DNA of 64,000 nucleotides. It comes from Octopus bimaculoides. Taxonomy: Eukaryota. The translations under genes and the position numbers were made by a program. How positions within the stretch are numbered: position 1 is the stretch's first letter; every line of letters starts with the position of its first letter. This document shows, piece after piece, positions 1 to 12,650 of this stretch. The DNA lies in NCBI RefSeq assembly GCF_001194135.2, contig NC_068984.1, forward strand, positions 40,979,401 through 41,043,400. Reading direction: 5' to 3'. Under the pieces are notes generated by a model that saw nothing but the letters and a program-made list of their open reading frames with translations, did not search any database and was not told where the DNA came from.

Positions 1-21
1 TGGTACTTAATGACACTTGGA

Positions 22-186
22 CAGTGCTCTGCAACTTTTTTTTTTACTTGAGGTACACATATATTCTTTTCAAAATTTGGTGGCAAACCTGAACTAAAAA
101 TTTAACTGAAATACAGAGAAAAAGATTATATTCAGGTTACACTGCGGCACACTAGCGTGCTGTGGTATACCAATTGTGGAACACTG
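22..186. mobile_element. hAT-type MITE (165 bp)
   Basis: Ends CAGTGCTCTGCAAC / ATTGTGGAACACTG (imperfect TIR). Right flank is ctctagag, the NTCTAGAN target typical of Charlie-like hATs; the left TSD is degraded. Confidence 0.6.
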
Positions 187-576
187 CTCTAGAGAAATGA
201 AATGTTAAGCAAGTCAGTGAGGTTTAGACTCAAGATACAGAAGGGCAAGAACTAAACATTAATAGGTAGTTACTCCAAGCCTCTACCATTCTTACAACTT
301 CACCTTTTAATATAGAAAAATTAGAAATAGGAATTTCTAACATATTTTGGAGAGTTAGCCTTCAAGTCAATCCTGTTACTTAAAATGTCATTGTGTTTTA
401 TCAACTCCAGAAGCATAAAACAAAAAGTCACCTCCAGTGGGATTTGAACTTTGAAAGTAAAGGGACATAACTAAATATTGTAAGGTTCTTTTTTTTTTTC
501 CACAACTGTTTCCATTTTGCCAATCCACTACTCCTTAGTCAAATAATGTACATTTGCTCCATCTTTTAAAATACAG

Positions 577-577
<1 letters not shown>

Positions 578-616
<39 letters not shown>
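578..616. repeat. (TA)n microsatellite
   Basis: Direct reading. Further tracts: (GATA)n at about 2400-2426, (TAC)n at about 4210-4240, (TA)n at 17435-17468 and 41570-41611, (CATA)n at about 31560-31595. Confidence 0.95.
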
Positions 617-619
<3 letters not shown>

Positions 620-2262
620 CACAGAAACCAGAGTTTATTTTATTATTAAACAAAACCTATTTACTTGTAGTTCCTAAATATACTCACTATTGCCTACAGA
701 ATGTCATAAATATGTATATCGTTATATATAATTATTCATAATTATATAATTAGTAGGCCACTACAACTGAAACAAATTTTAAATGAATTTAGAGCATTTA
801 GTTATTTTTCTTTTATTCAAAACAATAGTATAATCTTTTTCTGTTGTTTGTTTCTTATGTAAGAAAAATGTTTTTTTTTTTATGCATGACTCAGAAATGT
901 TCCATAAAATCAAAATGTGTGAAAATGCCTGAAACTTTTTTGTATGTAAACAGTCTTGTTCATTAATTTTGTCCTAAGTAAAGTTCATTATGTCACTTTC
1001 TCAACTGTGTGTATTTCATATGAAATATTTATAAATTTACTTCTCTTTCTCTCCCAATGAAAAAAATTAAATCTATATTGTTATCTAAAATATAACATTC
1101 TTCAAGCAAGTTTTTATTTACTATTCAATGCTTATTTGGAAGCATCACTCCACTTTATCTTAAGGACTTTAGTTCAATTTACTATTGAAAATTTCCTTTT
1201 AACGTATATTTGTTTTTAAAAAAAATACTTAATCAAATATTTTGGGGGTTCGTTTAGAATCTTATTCTAAGAACAGATAACTTCTGACAAAATGTGAAGT
1301 TAAGCTGTATTAGAGAATATTCGTAAAGGAAGTTTTACCTAATCTTCTTTGTAGAGACAAATGAAATTTTGTGTTTACTTATGTAAGATCACAATAGTCT
1401 CTAAAGAAAATAAAACTGTTTTTTTTTTTTTTGCTTTTTTGCAGTGAAAAATTTTATTTATGTGAAAATAATGACCTTTATTTTCTATATGCTATTTTAA
1501 AATCCTGTTGCTGGAAAATCTGCACATACATTTTGAAAAAAGCTTCAAGTTTCTCATGACTCTTACAAAATACATAAATTTTCAAATACTGATTCATTGT
1601 CTCTAATACAACTGCTCTTCAAATACATATCCCCTGCATAGGTTGTTTTAATAATGTTAGGATAGACTGATAAATGGATAGCAACCTTGCAGGTTGAGGT
1701 ATGAGTTCAGCAGCATAAATGTACTTGGTTATATCTTTACTGTTTGTAATCTTTATTGCATGGAGTTATAAACTCAAAAAGAATCTAGTACTCAAAGCCA
1801 CCAAACCAAATATCCTGTTTATGCTCTGTTATTATGAACATTATCTAAAGAATTATTTAGTTCATGGACATAAGTACAGTAATCTTATGGCCATATTGGC
1901 ATTGTTACAGAAAACTGATTAAAAATAGTTGTTTCTCCTTATTATGAATATTGTTTCTTTTTCAACATTTTCGTCAATGTGAACAAAATGTAAAAGGAAT
2001 TTCTGCTGTGGAAAATAGAATTAGTCTTTAAATTGCTATGATTAAAGAAATGAAAATCACTAGTGTGCCAATATAGGTAGTGTTTCGGTTTCAGATAATC
2101 AATAAAACATCAAGATGAGAAAAGTTATATCATGCAGGCATTTTTTTTTTTTTTTTTTGGTAGTAGCTTGATAAAAATGGATGTTAAAAATAATATAAGT
2201 AAGAAATACATTTTTGGTGTGAAAGATATTGCAAAATATATGGAGCTTTCTTTATTGTTTAA

Positions 2263-2647
2263 CAACCACATGGTTTCTGTTTCAGTCCCTACTACGTGGC
2301 ACCTTGGGCAAGTATCTTCTACTATAGCCCTGATCTGATGAATGCCTTGTGAGTGAAGTTGGTAGATGGAAACTTTGTAGAAGCTCATTGTGTGCGTGTG
2401 GATAGATAGATAGATAGATAGATAGATATGTATGCCTGTATTTGTCTCCCCACTTCCACCACTCAACAACCAGTGTTGGTTTGTTTATGTCCTTGTAACT
2501 TAGCAGTTCAGCGAAAGAGATCAATAGAATAAGCACCAGACTATAAAAAAAATTACTGGTGGGGGTTGGGGTCTGTCTGTTTGATTAAAAACCTTCAAGG
2601 GGGTGTCCTAGCATGGCTACAGTCCAATGACTGAAACAAGTAAAAAG
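2263..2647 (+). mobile_element. tRNA/CORE-like SINE family (gcaccttgggcaagt...ctactatagcc head; cagcatggc...gactgaaacaagtaaaa 3' domain), representative copy
   Basis: Related copies at about 5080-5395(-), 6305-6600(-), 12628-12826(+, 3' part), 13040-13190(+), 13335-13712(-), 17670-17810(+), 35990-36100(-), 38590-38822(-), 39770-39960(-), 60920-61070(-). Boundaries are approximate. Confidence 0.75.
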
Positions 2648-5600
2648 TAGAAGATACTTAAACACTAAATACTTATTTCAAATAATAATGGAGCATTTAG
2701 AACGCTGAACTAAAAAAAAAAAACACCTGATACAGTTTTGTTTTGTAATATTGAGGTTATTGTCACTTGTAAATATTGTTTATGACCAGAAAATTCTGTA
2801 GTTTGTGATGACATTTGAGTCTATTGTTAGATAATAATATTGAGGTTAATAATTATGAAAAATTATTTCCTCTCCCAGAAACAGTATCATGAAAGTTTCT
2901 TGTTCCCTGACATTCTCTAAACCATTAATATTTTTAATATTTAATTTTTGCTGGAACCTGCTGTTTATGTACTCTATTTTACTTTTGAAAACTTTTTTTT
3001 TCTTTACATTTGCAATTCTTTGTCTTTATGTCTTTATTCTTTCTCTCTATCCAGCAGTGCACTTAGTTACATACAATACAGTCTCAACTTCCCTTTGACA
3101 ATTTTTATAGTTTACTTATGAGAAATGATGTTCATTTTTATCTTCAGTTGATTTATTTTGATTTTTTGAAAATTATAATAAATTTATTCAGCTGTTTGAA
3201 TAAGTTCATAAAACTTTTGTCTTTTACATATCCAGTTTTATTATTGCCATTATCTTTATCAACATAACCAACATATCATTTTCATTGCTACTATAATGTA
3301 AAGAATCAAGTTCATAATCTACAGCCCTCTGGCCCATTATAATGACAATGAGAAACCTTACAAACACTGCTCCCATTTTAAAGGATGGTTTCTATTACTG
3401 CTCAACACTTAACAAAATATTCAAGGTTGTTTATGCTATTGTTGACTCATTGCCATCTGATTCCATTGAATCTTTATCCTACTGCTAACTTTGCTTTCTT
3501 CCTATTTACTTCAGCAAGTGCCCTTTCCTTCTACACCATACAGTTCGTATCATGCATATATCTTTACAACTGTCACTCCTTATAACACCTCTTTCAATGA
3601 TCTTAAGCTGATTTTACAGTTTTAGTTTTTTTTTTTTTTTTTTTTGACAGTCATATTTTTCAGTTGTGTGTGTCCTCTGTCTCCCAAAGATTTTTGAGAA
3701 ATTCTTCCCTTAAATCAACCTCTGTGTTCTGCTCTCTGGCACCTTCCTGACTTGGCACCTCCCACTTGGAGCTATGTTGTTATTTGGTCCCTTCCATTAA
3801 GGGGATAATTTAGTTGTTTAGTCCCACCCTCTTTTCTGATCTCTGGCTGAGAAACATCTCAGCCAGTGTGATAATTAGATGCCACTTTGATAAGTTCAGT
3901 ATGAATGTGTCGAATTGTACAATTATATGCTGACAGAGGGCANNNNNNNNNNNNNNNNNNNNNNNNNNNNNNNNNNNNNNNNNNNNNNNNNNNNNNNNNN
4001 NNNNNNNNNNNNNNNNNNNNNNNNNNNNNNNNNNNNNNNNNNNNNNNNNNNNNNNNNNNNNNNNNNNNNNNNNNNNNNNNNNNNNNNNNNNNNNNNNNNN
4101 NNNNNNNNNNNNNNNNNNNNNNNNNNNNNNNNNNNNNNNNNNNNNNNNNNNNNNNNNNNNNNNNNNNNNNNNNNNNNNNNNNNNNTATGTTGAATTTTAC
4201 AAAGGTTGTTTACTACTACTACTACTACTACTACTATTACTATTTTACAGGTTTCATTCATTGAGCACTGAAATCATTATTAATGACTATTTTTTAAATA
4301 AAGAAGTAAAATTATTGTTGATATTTCATTTTTTTTGTTCCTAGTAAATTTTTGTGAAAAGTATATTTATATATATGTCCTCATGCCGTTCTTGTTTCAT
4401 TTTCATCATGAGAATTGTTAGTCATGTATCCACTTGATTTTTTATTTTTTATTTTCTTTTGTTCAGAAAAGAAATGATGTTAATTTTTTTTTTTTTTTAA
4501 ATAGTTTTCATTAAATGAAACAAATAAAGTGTCAAGCTGGAAGCATTGTTAGAGCACCATGAAATATGCTTTGCAGAATTTCTTCTAGCTCTTCTGAGTT
4601 CAAATAACACCGAGGTCAACTTTGCCTTTCATTCCACTGGGGGTCAATAAAATAAAGTACCCATCAAATATTGGAGTTGATGATATTGACTAACTCCTCC
4701 CTACCTAAAAATTACTGGCCTTTTGCCTAGGCCAGATACAAATTAAACCATTCAGAACTGTTTTTGAGTTTGTTTTCTTTGTTTTTCTAATTTAATTTTT
4801 ATTTCACTAATTATAATAAGGCGGCAAGGTGGCAGAATCATTACTATGTCAGACAAAATACTTACTGATATTTCATGTCTTTACATTTTTGAGTTCAAAA
4901 TTCTGCTAAGGTCAACTTTGCTTTTGAACCTTTCAGGCTTGATAAAATAAGTGCCAGTTGAACACTGGGGTTGATGTAGTGAAATAGCCCCTTCCCCTGA
5001 AATTGTTGGCCTTGTTCCAAATTTTGAAACAGTCAGTTATACACAAGAAAGTAATCTTTATCTTTATTCGTTACTCAATTAAGTCATTAGAGTGTGGCCA
5101 TGCTAGGGCACCACCCTGAAGGTCAAGCTAATCAGTCCCAATACTTATTGTATTGTTTGCCAAACTACTAAGTTACAGAGGATGTAAACAAACCAACACC
5201 AGTTGTGAAGGGGGGGGACAAACACTGATACAGATAGACACACTCATATATGTATATTTGTGATGGGCTTCCATGCAGTTTCCCTCAGCCAAATCCACTC
5301 ACAATGCATTAGTCAGCCCTGGGTGATAGTGAAAGACACTTGCCCAAGGTGCAGCACAGTAGGACTGAGCCAGCAATCACATGGTTACCAAGCCTTTTTG
5401 TCTTTTCATTTACACATTACCACAATTTTAGAAAGAAGAGATATATCTAATTAAATCAACTCTATTTATTACTTGCCTGGTACCTCTTTAACCAATCCAA
5501 GAGGGATGAACAGCAGTTAGAGCATTAGTAAAGATTTTCACCTAAAAACAATCAACAAATAGAAAGCACACCGTTGTAATGTTAAATATACTAATATTCT

Positions 5601-7431
5601 GTTTAAATAAGGCAGCAAGCTGGCTGAATCGTTAGCACGCCAGGCAAAATGCTTAGTGGCCTTTTGTCCATCTCTACATTCTGAGTTCAAATTCCACTGA
5701 GGTTGACTTTGCATTTCATCCTTTCAGAGTCGACAAAATAAAGTACCAGTTGAACCCTAGGGTCGATGTAATTGACTTACCCCTCCTCCAAAATTGCTGG
5801 CCAGAATTTGAAATTAATGTTCTATTTAAATGTCATAGTCAAGTAGTCAAGTTATATCCTATAACATTGGTGCTAATATTTTCTTAATCTTTGCACATAT
5901 TATGTAGTTTGTTAGTATTACTATTGAATTACTGTTTTTTTTTTAAAGTTGAATTGGATTAAAATTAGATTATTTTATATATTGTATGATAGTTTTAATC
6001 AAAAACAAGATCGCATTTCTTGTTATAGCTCTCTATAATCTTCTTGGTAGCTAATAGAGATGTTTTTGCTTAGCGCTGGGTCAGCCTTGATCAAGTAGAC
6101 CTATAAAAAAAAAAGGCATTCTGCCTAAGATATGAATGTCTTATTATTTTTGTATATATCAAGAACTATATTTTTCACTTTATAATCTTTTTATTTGAGA
6201 CAGTTGAGTGTGATTTAAGGGAACTTAGCTGTCATTTTTAGCTAGTCAGTTGACTATATAGAGATTTCCCTCTGTGTTAGCTAATAGAGAAATACTATCT
6301 TTTATCTTTTACTTGTTTCAGTCATTGACCTGTGGCCATGTTGGACACCACCTTGAAGGGTTCAGTTGAACAGATCAACTTCCATATGACCTTAATTGTC
6401 AAGTGATGGTGCAGCACATACACAAACAGACACATACACACAAACAATAAGCTTCCACACAGTTTCCATCTACCAAATTCATTCACAAGGCATTGGTCAG
6501 CTTGAGGTGTTATAGAATACACTTGCCCAAGTACTGCACACTGGAACTGAATCTGAAACCACATGGCGGCAATGCAAGCTTCTTAGTCACATAGCGATGC
6601 CTTCTTTATTTAAGAGAGTAGGATATATTTCAAAGAACATTTAATTATTATTTCTAGCGCATCAGACAACCACATAGATGCTCCCTGGTTAGTTTGTTCC
6701 TGTTCAGTTTTGAGCAATAAGTGAATGGCTGTTGTTCAATGATTTATTTCATGCTAAACTCTTCCCTCCCTCCAGGAGTCTATCTTATGAGCCAATAAAA
6801 CATACAATACTGAATGATATTCACGTATTTTCATTTTGGGTGGTATTTTATATTTTGATTTTTATTTGTACTTTTAGATAAAACTAAGTGAATTTCCTAC
6901 TCTGTTAAGTTAATGTTAGTTAATTTGTCAAAGTACCTGTAAAGTTTGGAAATTTGTAACAAGATCCCATAGCCCCTAGGTTAATTTAATTTATTCAAAT
7001 AAGAAATGAAAAAAAAAAAAAGTTTCTTCACTCAAAAGCATTATTATTGAAGTTATGTATGGTGCCAGAGGACTGCTGGCTATATAGTCATAAGTTTGAA
7101 CCTTACCATTACTACAACATTTGTGATGTCTTCCTCAAGTTGTCCCCATTTTGGGGAATGACTTCTATTCCACTTCTCATCTGAAATTAATTGAAGACCT
7201 GCATTACAAACATTGTAGTAGGAATGTTGTTCAAAATTGAACTAGGATGAGCCAATGAGGGAGCACCTATAGGTAACAGTAGGAAGGGCATCCAGCTGTA
7301 AAAGCAGTTATTGCAAAATGGGAGTGTGTTGGGGAGGGAGGGAATATCTCACCATTGCTAGTATATAAAATGTACTTAAAACAATTTTTAAAAAAATATT
7401 TGCTCAGCAATTTTATTTGCATTTTTTACTG

Positions 7432-7449
7432 TATATATATATATATATA

Positions 7450-7504
<55 letters not shown>

Positions 7505-7531
7505 NNNNNNNNNNNNNNNNNNNNNNNNNNN

Positions 7532-7580
<49 letters not shown>
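7432..7580. repeat. (TA)n / gap / (CA)n compound microsatellite
   Basis: Direct reading; source of several spurious IYIY/THTH ORFs. Confidence 0.95.
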
Positions 7581-7582
<2 letters not shown>

Positions 7583-8562
7583 CACACACAAATAAGTTGC
7601 TATTGGGAGAAGTTAGCATCTGCTTTACTCATCAATGTACTGTCGACTGTATTATTACATCATAGCTTCTATAACTTTACTGAAGAGGTCACTTAGAGCA
7701 TCTGTGCATTTCCTCTAACCACTTTTCCACATACTATACACACACACACATTTAATCATTCAGTCATTCATCTAAGTACATTAAAAAATGAAATCTGAGG
7801 TAGGTAGTTATAATAAGAGTGCTCAATAAAACTAATGTCTGAGGTGGAACCAGACTCATGGCTAACTTAGTCTGTGACCATATTTTGAGTCCATCTCTAC
7901 CATAGACATTTCTTGTTATTTATTGTGCTAATATCTTTGGAAAAGATAAGGTGGTAAGCTAGCAGAATTGTTACCATGCCGGGCAAAATACTTAGCCATA
8001 TTTCGTCTGTCTTTACATTCTAAGTTCAAATGCCACCGAGGTCGATATTACCTTTCATCCTTTTGAAGTCGATAAAATAAGTACCAGTTAAACACCTGGA
8101 TTGATGTACTCAAATTGCCCCCCTCACCCAAAATTGCTGGCCTTGTGCCAAAATTTGAAATCAATATCTTTGGAAAAGGCTTAAATCTCATAACTTCTAT
8201 TCCATTTCTCGTCTGAAGTTAATTGAGGACTAACACTATAACTACAAACAAACGTTTTATGTTTGAATAAACTCAATTGCATGCAATAGATAAGCTTTAA
8301 ACTTTAAGCTTATGCGTGTGTATGTTCATTTATAGCTTTCATATGTCCCCACGAAATAAAGTTATTAATTTCTTTTTTCTTTAATTAATGAACAGTTATA
8401 ATAATTGTTTTGATTGATATCAACAAAATAGATGCACCAGGTTTTGAAACGATCTTTACAGATTAAATCTGTCAAATAGAACTAAAGTTATAAAAGTTGT
8501 AAAATTGTGTAAGGACTTCATAAAAACCCTGTATATGTGTCTGCATATACACACATACACTC

Positions 8563-8600
<38 letters not shown>

Positions 8601-8810
8601 GTGTGTGTATATATATACATATGCATATATGTGTGTGTATATATACACACATGCACACACACATACATACACACATATATACACGCACATACATATATTG
8701 GTATAGTCAATAATATGAATTGACACGTTATTAATTCATACATGGACTGTAACAATATATGTTTGTATTTTACTTTGTAATCCTATTGATTACTCTGTTT
8801 TTTGTTCATG

Positions 8811-8841
<31 letters not shown>

Positions 8842-10234
8842 ATTACATAAAATCTTAGTATATTTCATATATGAACAATTTTATTTGTATGACAAATGGA
8901 TCTCTTTGAACTAACTTATATAGTGATATAGTTTGCTAAGCTCATTTCATAGGACAGAGTTAATGCCGTTTCTTTTAATGTGGTCTTTTTCTATTTTTTT
9001 TGTATATATTCATGCCCATGCTTTTATGAGTTAATTTTGTTCTATCAAGCTACAGCTGTTACTTTAGTGACTATACTGAAATATGGATAGTAAGTAATAG
9101 CTTTATGTGAAGTGGAGCATGTCTAACTAGAATGAAAAGTCATTCAACTATCTGCCCTTCACATCACCAAAGGAAAATAAAATCAACCAAGCTCACTTTT
9201 AATTAACTGTAACTTAGTACTGAAATTTTGCTATAATTATTGAATGGTATTGGAAAGTCACATGGAACAGACACTAAATTTAATCTTTTTATTACTGTTA
9301 TCATTATCATTATTATTATTATTGTTATTATTATTTATATTATTATAACTGAGGCAGCAAGCTGGCAGAATTGTTGGCAAGCCAGGCAAAATGCTTAGCT
9401 GCATTTCATCTGTCTTCACATTCTGAGTTCAAATTCCACCGAGGTCAGCTTTGCCTTTCATCCTCTTGTGGTCAATGAAATAAGTACCAGCTGAGCATTG
9501 GGAGTCAATGTAATTGATTAGACCCTTTTCCCTGACAAATTTCAGGCCTTATACTTTTAGTAAGATGGCAAGTTGGGTTATTAGTATTTCATCTGTTTTT
9601 ATGTTCTGATTCTACCTAGGTTAACTTTGCCTTTCATCCTTTCAGGGTTAATAAAATAAAAGTACTGGACAAGTATTGGGATTGATGTAATCGATTACCC
9701 CCTCCCCCAAAATTTCAAACCTATATTAGACATGCATACACATTGATATGTCTATTAGTACTTTTATTTTTTCCCTTCTACAACTTGCTTGTAAATATCT
9801 GATTTTTCCCTATTACCCCTTTTGTATTCTCCCTTATTGTATCTTATTTTAATTTACTTTATTTTATTAAACCTTTTTTGATGTCCTTCCAAAAATTCTT
9901 CACACTGATGAGAACGACAATGCATAAATTTAATTATGATTTTTTCTTACATATTTGTATTGTCCTTTGAAGCACGCATATGTATTGAATCCTATTTTGT
10001 ATTAAATCTAATTTTGATGCAATATCTTTTTCTCCTCCATTTTTCTATAATTGTTTATGGTATATTTATGCCTATAACGATATTTTTCAACTACTATTTT
10101 TCACACTCTTACTACTTGTTCTGGCTGTTTTTTTATGAATATGATGCATCTTTATTAGAAATCATTCTTTCTCTCTTTTTGGACCTCTCAAAAAGTTTGA
10201 ATTGTTCTTTTTTGAACTTGTTTTTTCCCACTTA

Positions 10235-10270
<36 letters not shown>

Positions 10271-12131
10271 GGTATTGTTTTAAAGTCTGTGCATTTTTTT
10301 TTATGCATACCATATTGAATTATCATAATCATCATAGGACGTGGCTATGTTTCTGCAGCATATGGATAAGTAGTGCCCCTTAATGTGAATAGTGTATGTG
10401 TTTGGAAAGAAGTTAGGTCTTGAAACGATGTACTTGACATTAGTCAAAGTCATTTTTCTCCTGTGAATAGAATCTTCCTCACAACTATTGATGCCCTCTA
10501 AAAGATCTGTTTTCTACAGTTTCCTAGTACAGGTTATTTTAGGGACCCATTTTATTTACTCCATTACCCTTAGAAAGTGTATGACTATGGAAATAATGCT
10601 GTCAAAGTCCAGTTTGAAGTTGTGTTTATTTGAGAGAGAACAGTGTAGTTGATTTAACTGATTCCATTGGCCCCAGAAATATGAAGGGCAAAGTCAAGCT
10701 GTGCAGGATTTAAGCTCGGAACAAATCTAAATAAGTACTTACCATAAGGTATTTTAGTTAAGCATTCTACTGTTTCTCTGACCTGTGTACATGCTTGGAG
10801 AAATGCATTGTAGACAAAGTGATTCATTTTAACCCTTTAGCAAATAATAATGATAATAATAATAATCATCATCATCGTTTAACGTCCGCTTTCCATGCTA
10901 GCATGGGTTGGACGATTTGACTGAGGACTGGTGAACCAGATGGCTACACCAGGCTCCAATCTGATTTGGCAGTGTTATTATAATAATAATAATAATCCTT
11001 TCTACTAGAGGCACAAAGCCTGAAATTTTGGGGGAGGGGACCTCGACCCCAGTGTTTCACGGATGCTTAATTCATTGATCTTGAAAGGAGGAAAGGTAAA
11101 GCTGGCCTCGGCTGAATTTAAACTCAGAGTGTAGCGGCCAACGAAATACTACTAAGCATTTGGCCTGGAGTGCTTACGATTATGCCAGCTCGCTGCTTTA
11201 ATCTTTGAATAAGGACAACAACAACAATAATAATAACGATGATGATGATAATTTTGTTCTTGTGCCCTCCCCACACACACACAGACATGCACTCTAGTTT
11301 AAAATCAATAATTATATAGAAGTGTAGATAATTGAATGAGTTCCAGAATATTACTAGAATGTCTTATGTTTAACTTGTAGGAAAGACAAAGTTAACTTTG
11401 CTTAGATTCTATCTCAGAACTAAATATTAGTGCAGTTCTTTTTTTAAAATTTTTTATGTTGAAATAATGAAATAATACTTGATGATTTTTAACTGCTTAA
11501 ACTGCTCAGTAGATTCATTAGCAAATTATTAATTAGTCTTTTTTTTTTTGCAATCTGTTGACAGAAACGTTAATATAGTTTCAATGTATGCATCAAATCT
11601 ACCGTATATTATGACATTTAAATGTGAATTATGAACTTTTTCTCTAAATGTCACTTATTACAATAGTTGAGTGTAATGTCTAAAAACTAATCAATCTTAT
11701 CAACGAGTATTTTAGGAATACATCACACTGCAATATAAAAAAATTTAAGTAAAGGGAAAGAACTGTGTAGTAATATTTATTCATGCATTATTTCCCTTGT
11801 TCATTGTCTTCCTGCCTGTATTACGTTTTTCTTTAATTTTTCTTCTTCGGCTTCAAATCAAAAATACTCGTTATATAATTTCACACTTATATCTTTATAT
11901 AGATAGATATATTTAAATGATAGGTGCGTACCATGAATATCAGCTTAATGGGAACAATTCTCAAATTCCATAAATTTCCTAAATTGTGGAAGTGTTCGGA
12001 AAAATTTTTGTTTTGTTTTAATAAATACTTTATGGATTAAAAACAATGAATAATTTTTGCAGATTAATCTACAATACGTAATATACAAGTAAATATTTAA
12101 ATTATCTCGTATTTGCCTCTTATTTATCGTT

Positions 12132-12133
<2 letters not shown>

Positions 12134-12182
<49 letters not shown>

Positions 12183-12588
12183 NNNNNNNNNNNNNNNNNN
12201 NNNNNNNNNNNNNNNNNNNNNNNNNNNNNNNNNNNNNNNNNNNNNNNNNNNNNNNNNNNNNNNNNNNNNNNNNNNNNNNNNNNNNNNNNNNNNNNNNNNN
12301 NNNNNNNNNNNNNNNNNNNNNNNNNNNNNNNNNNNNNNNNNNNNNNNNNNNNNNNNNNNNNNNNNNNNNNNNNNNNNNNNNNNNNNNNNNNNNNNNNNNN
12401 NNNNNNNNNNNNNNNNNNNNNNNNNNNNNNNNNNNNNNNNNNNNNNNNNNNNNNNNNNNNNNNNNNNNNNNNNNNNNNNNNNNNNNNNNNNNNNNNNNNN
12501 NNNNNNNNNNNNNNNNNNNNNNNNNNNNNNNNNNNNNNNNNNNNNNNNNNNNNNNNNNNNNNNNNNNNNNNNNNNNNNNNNNNNNNNN

Positions 12589-12627
<39 letters not shown>

Positions 12628-12650
12628 ATGTGTTTGTGTGTCTGTGTTTG
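12134..12650. repeat. (CT)n / N gap (12183-12588) / (TA)n(TG)n
   Basis: Direct reading. Confidence 0.9.

Noticed and set aside
3843-3866. Perfect 10-bp hairpin ctggctgaga-aaca-tctcagccag
   Set aside because: No Helitron CTRR end or other context, and a stem this short is expected by chance in 64 kb.
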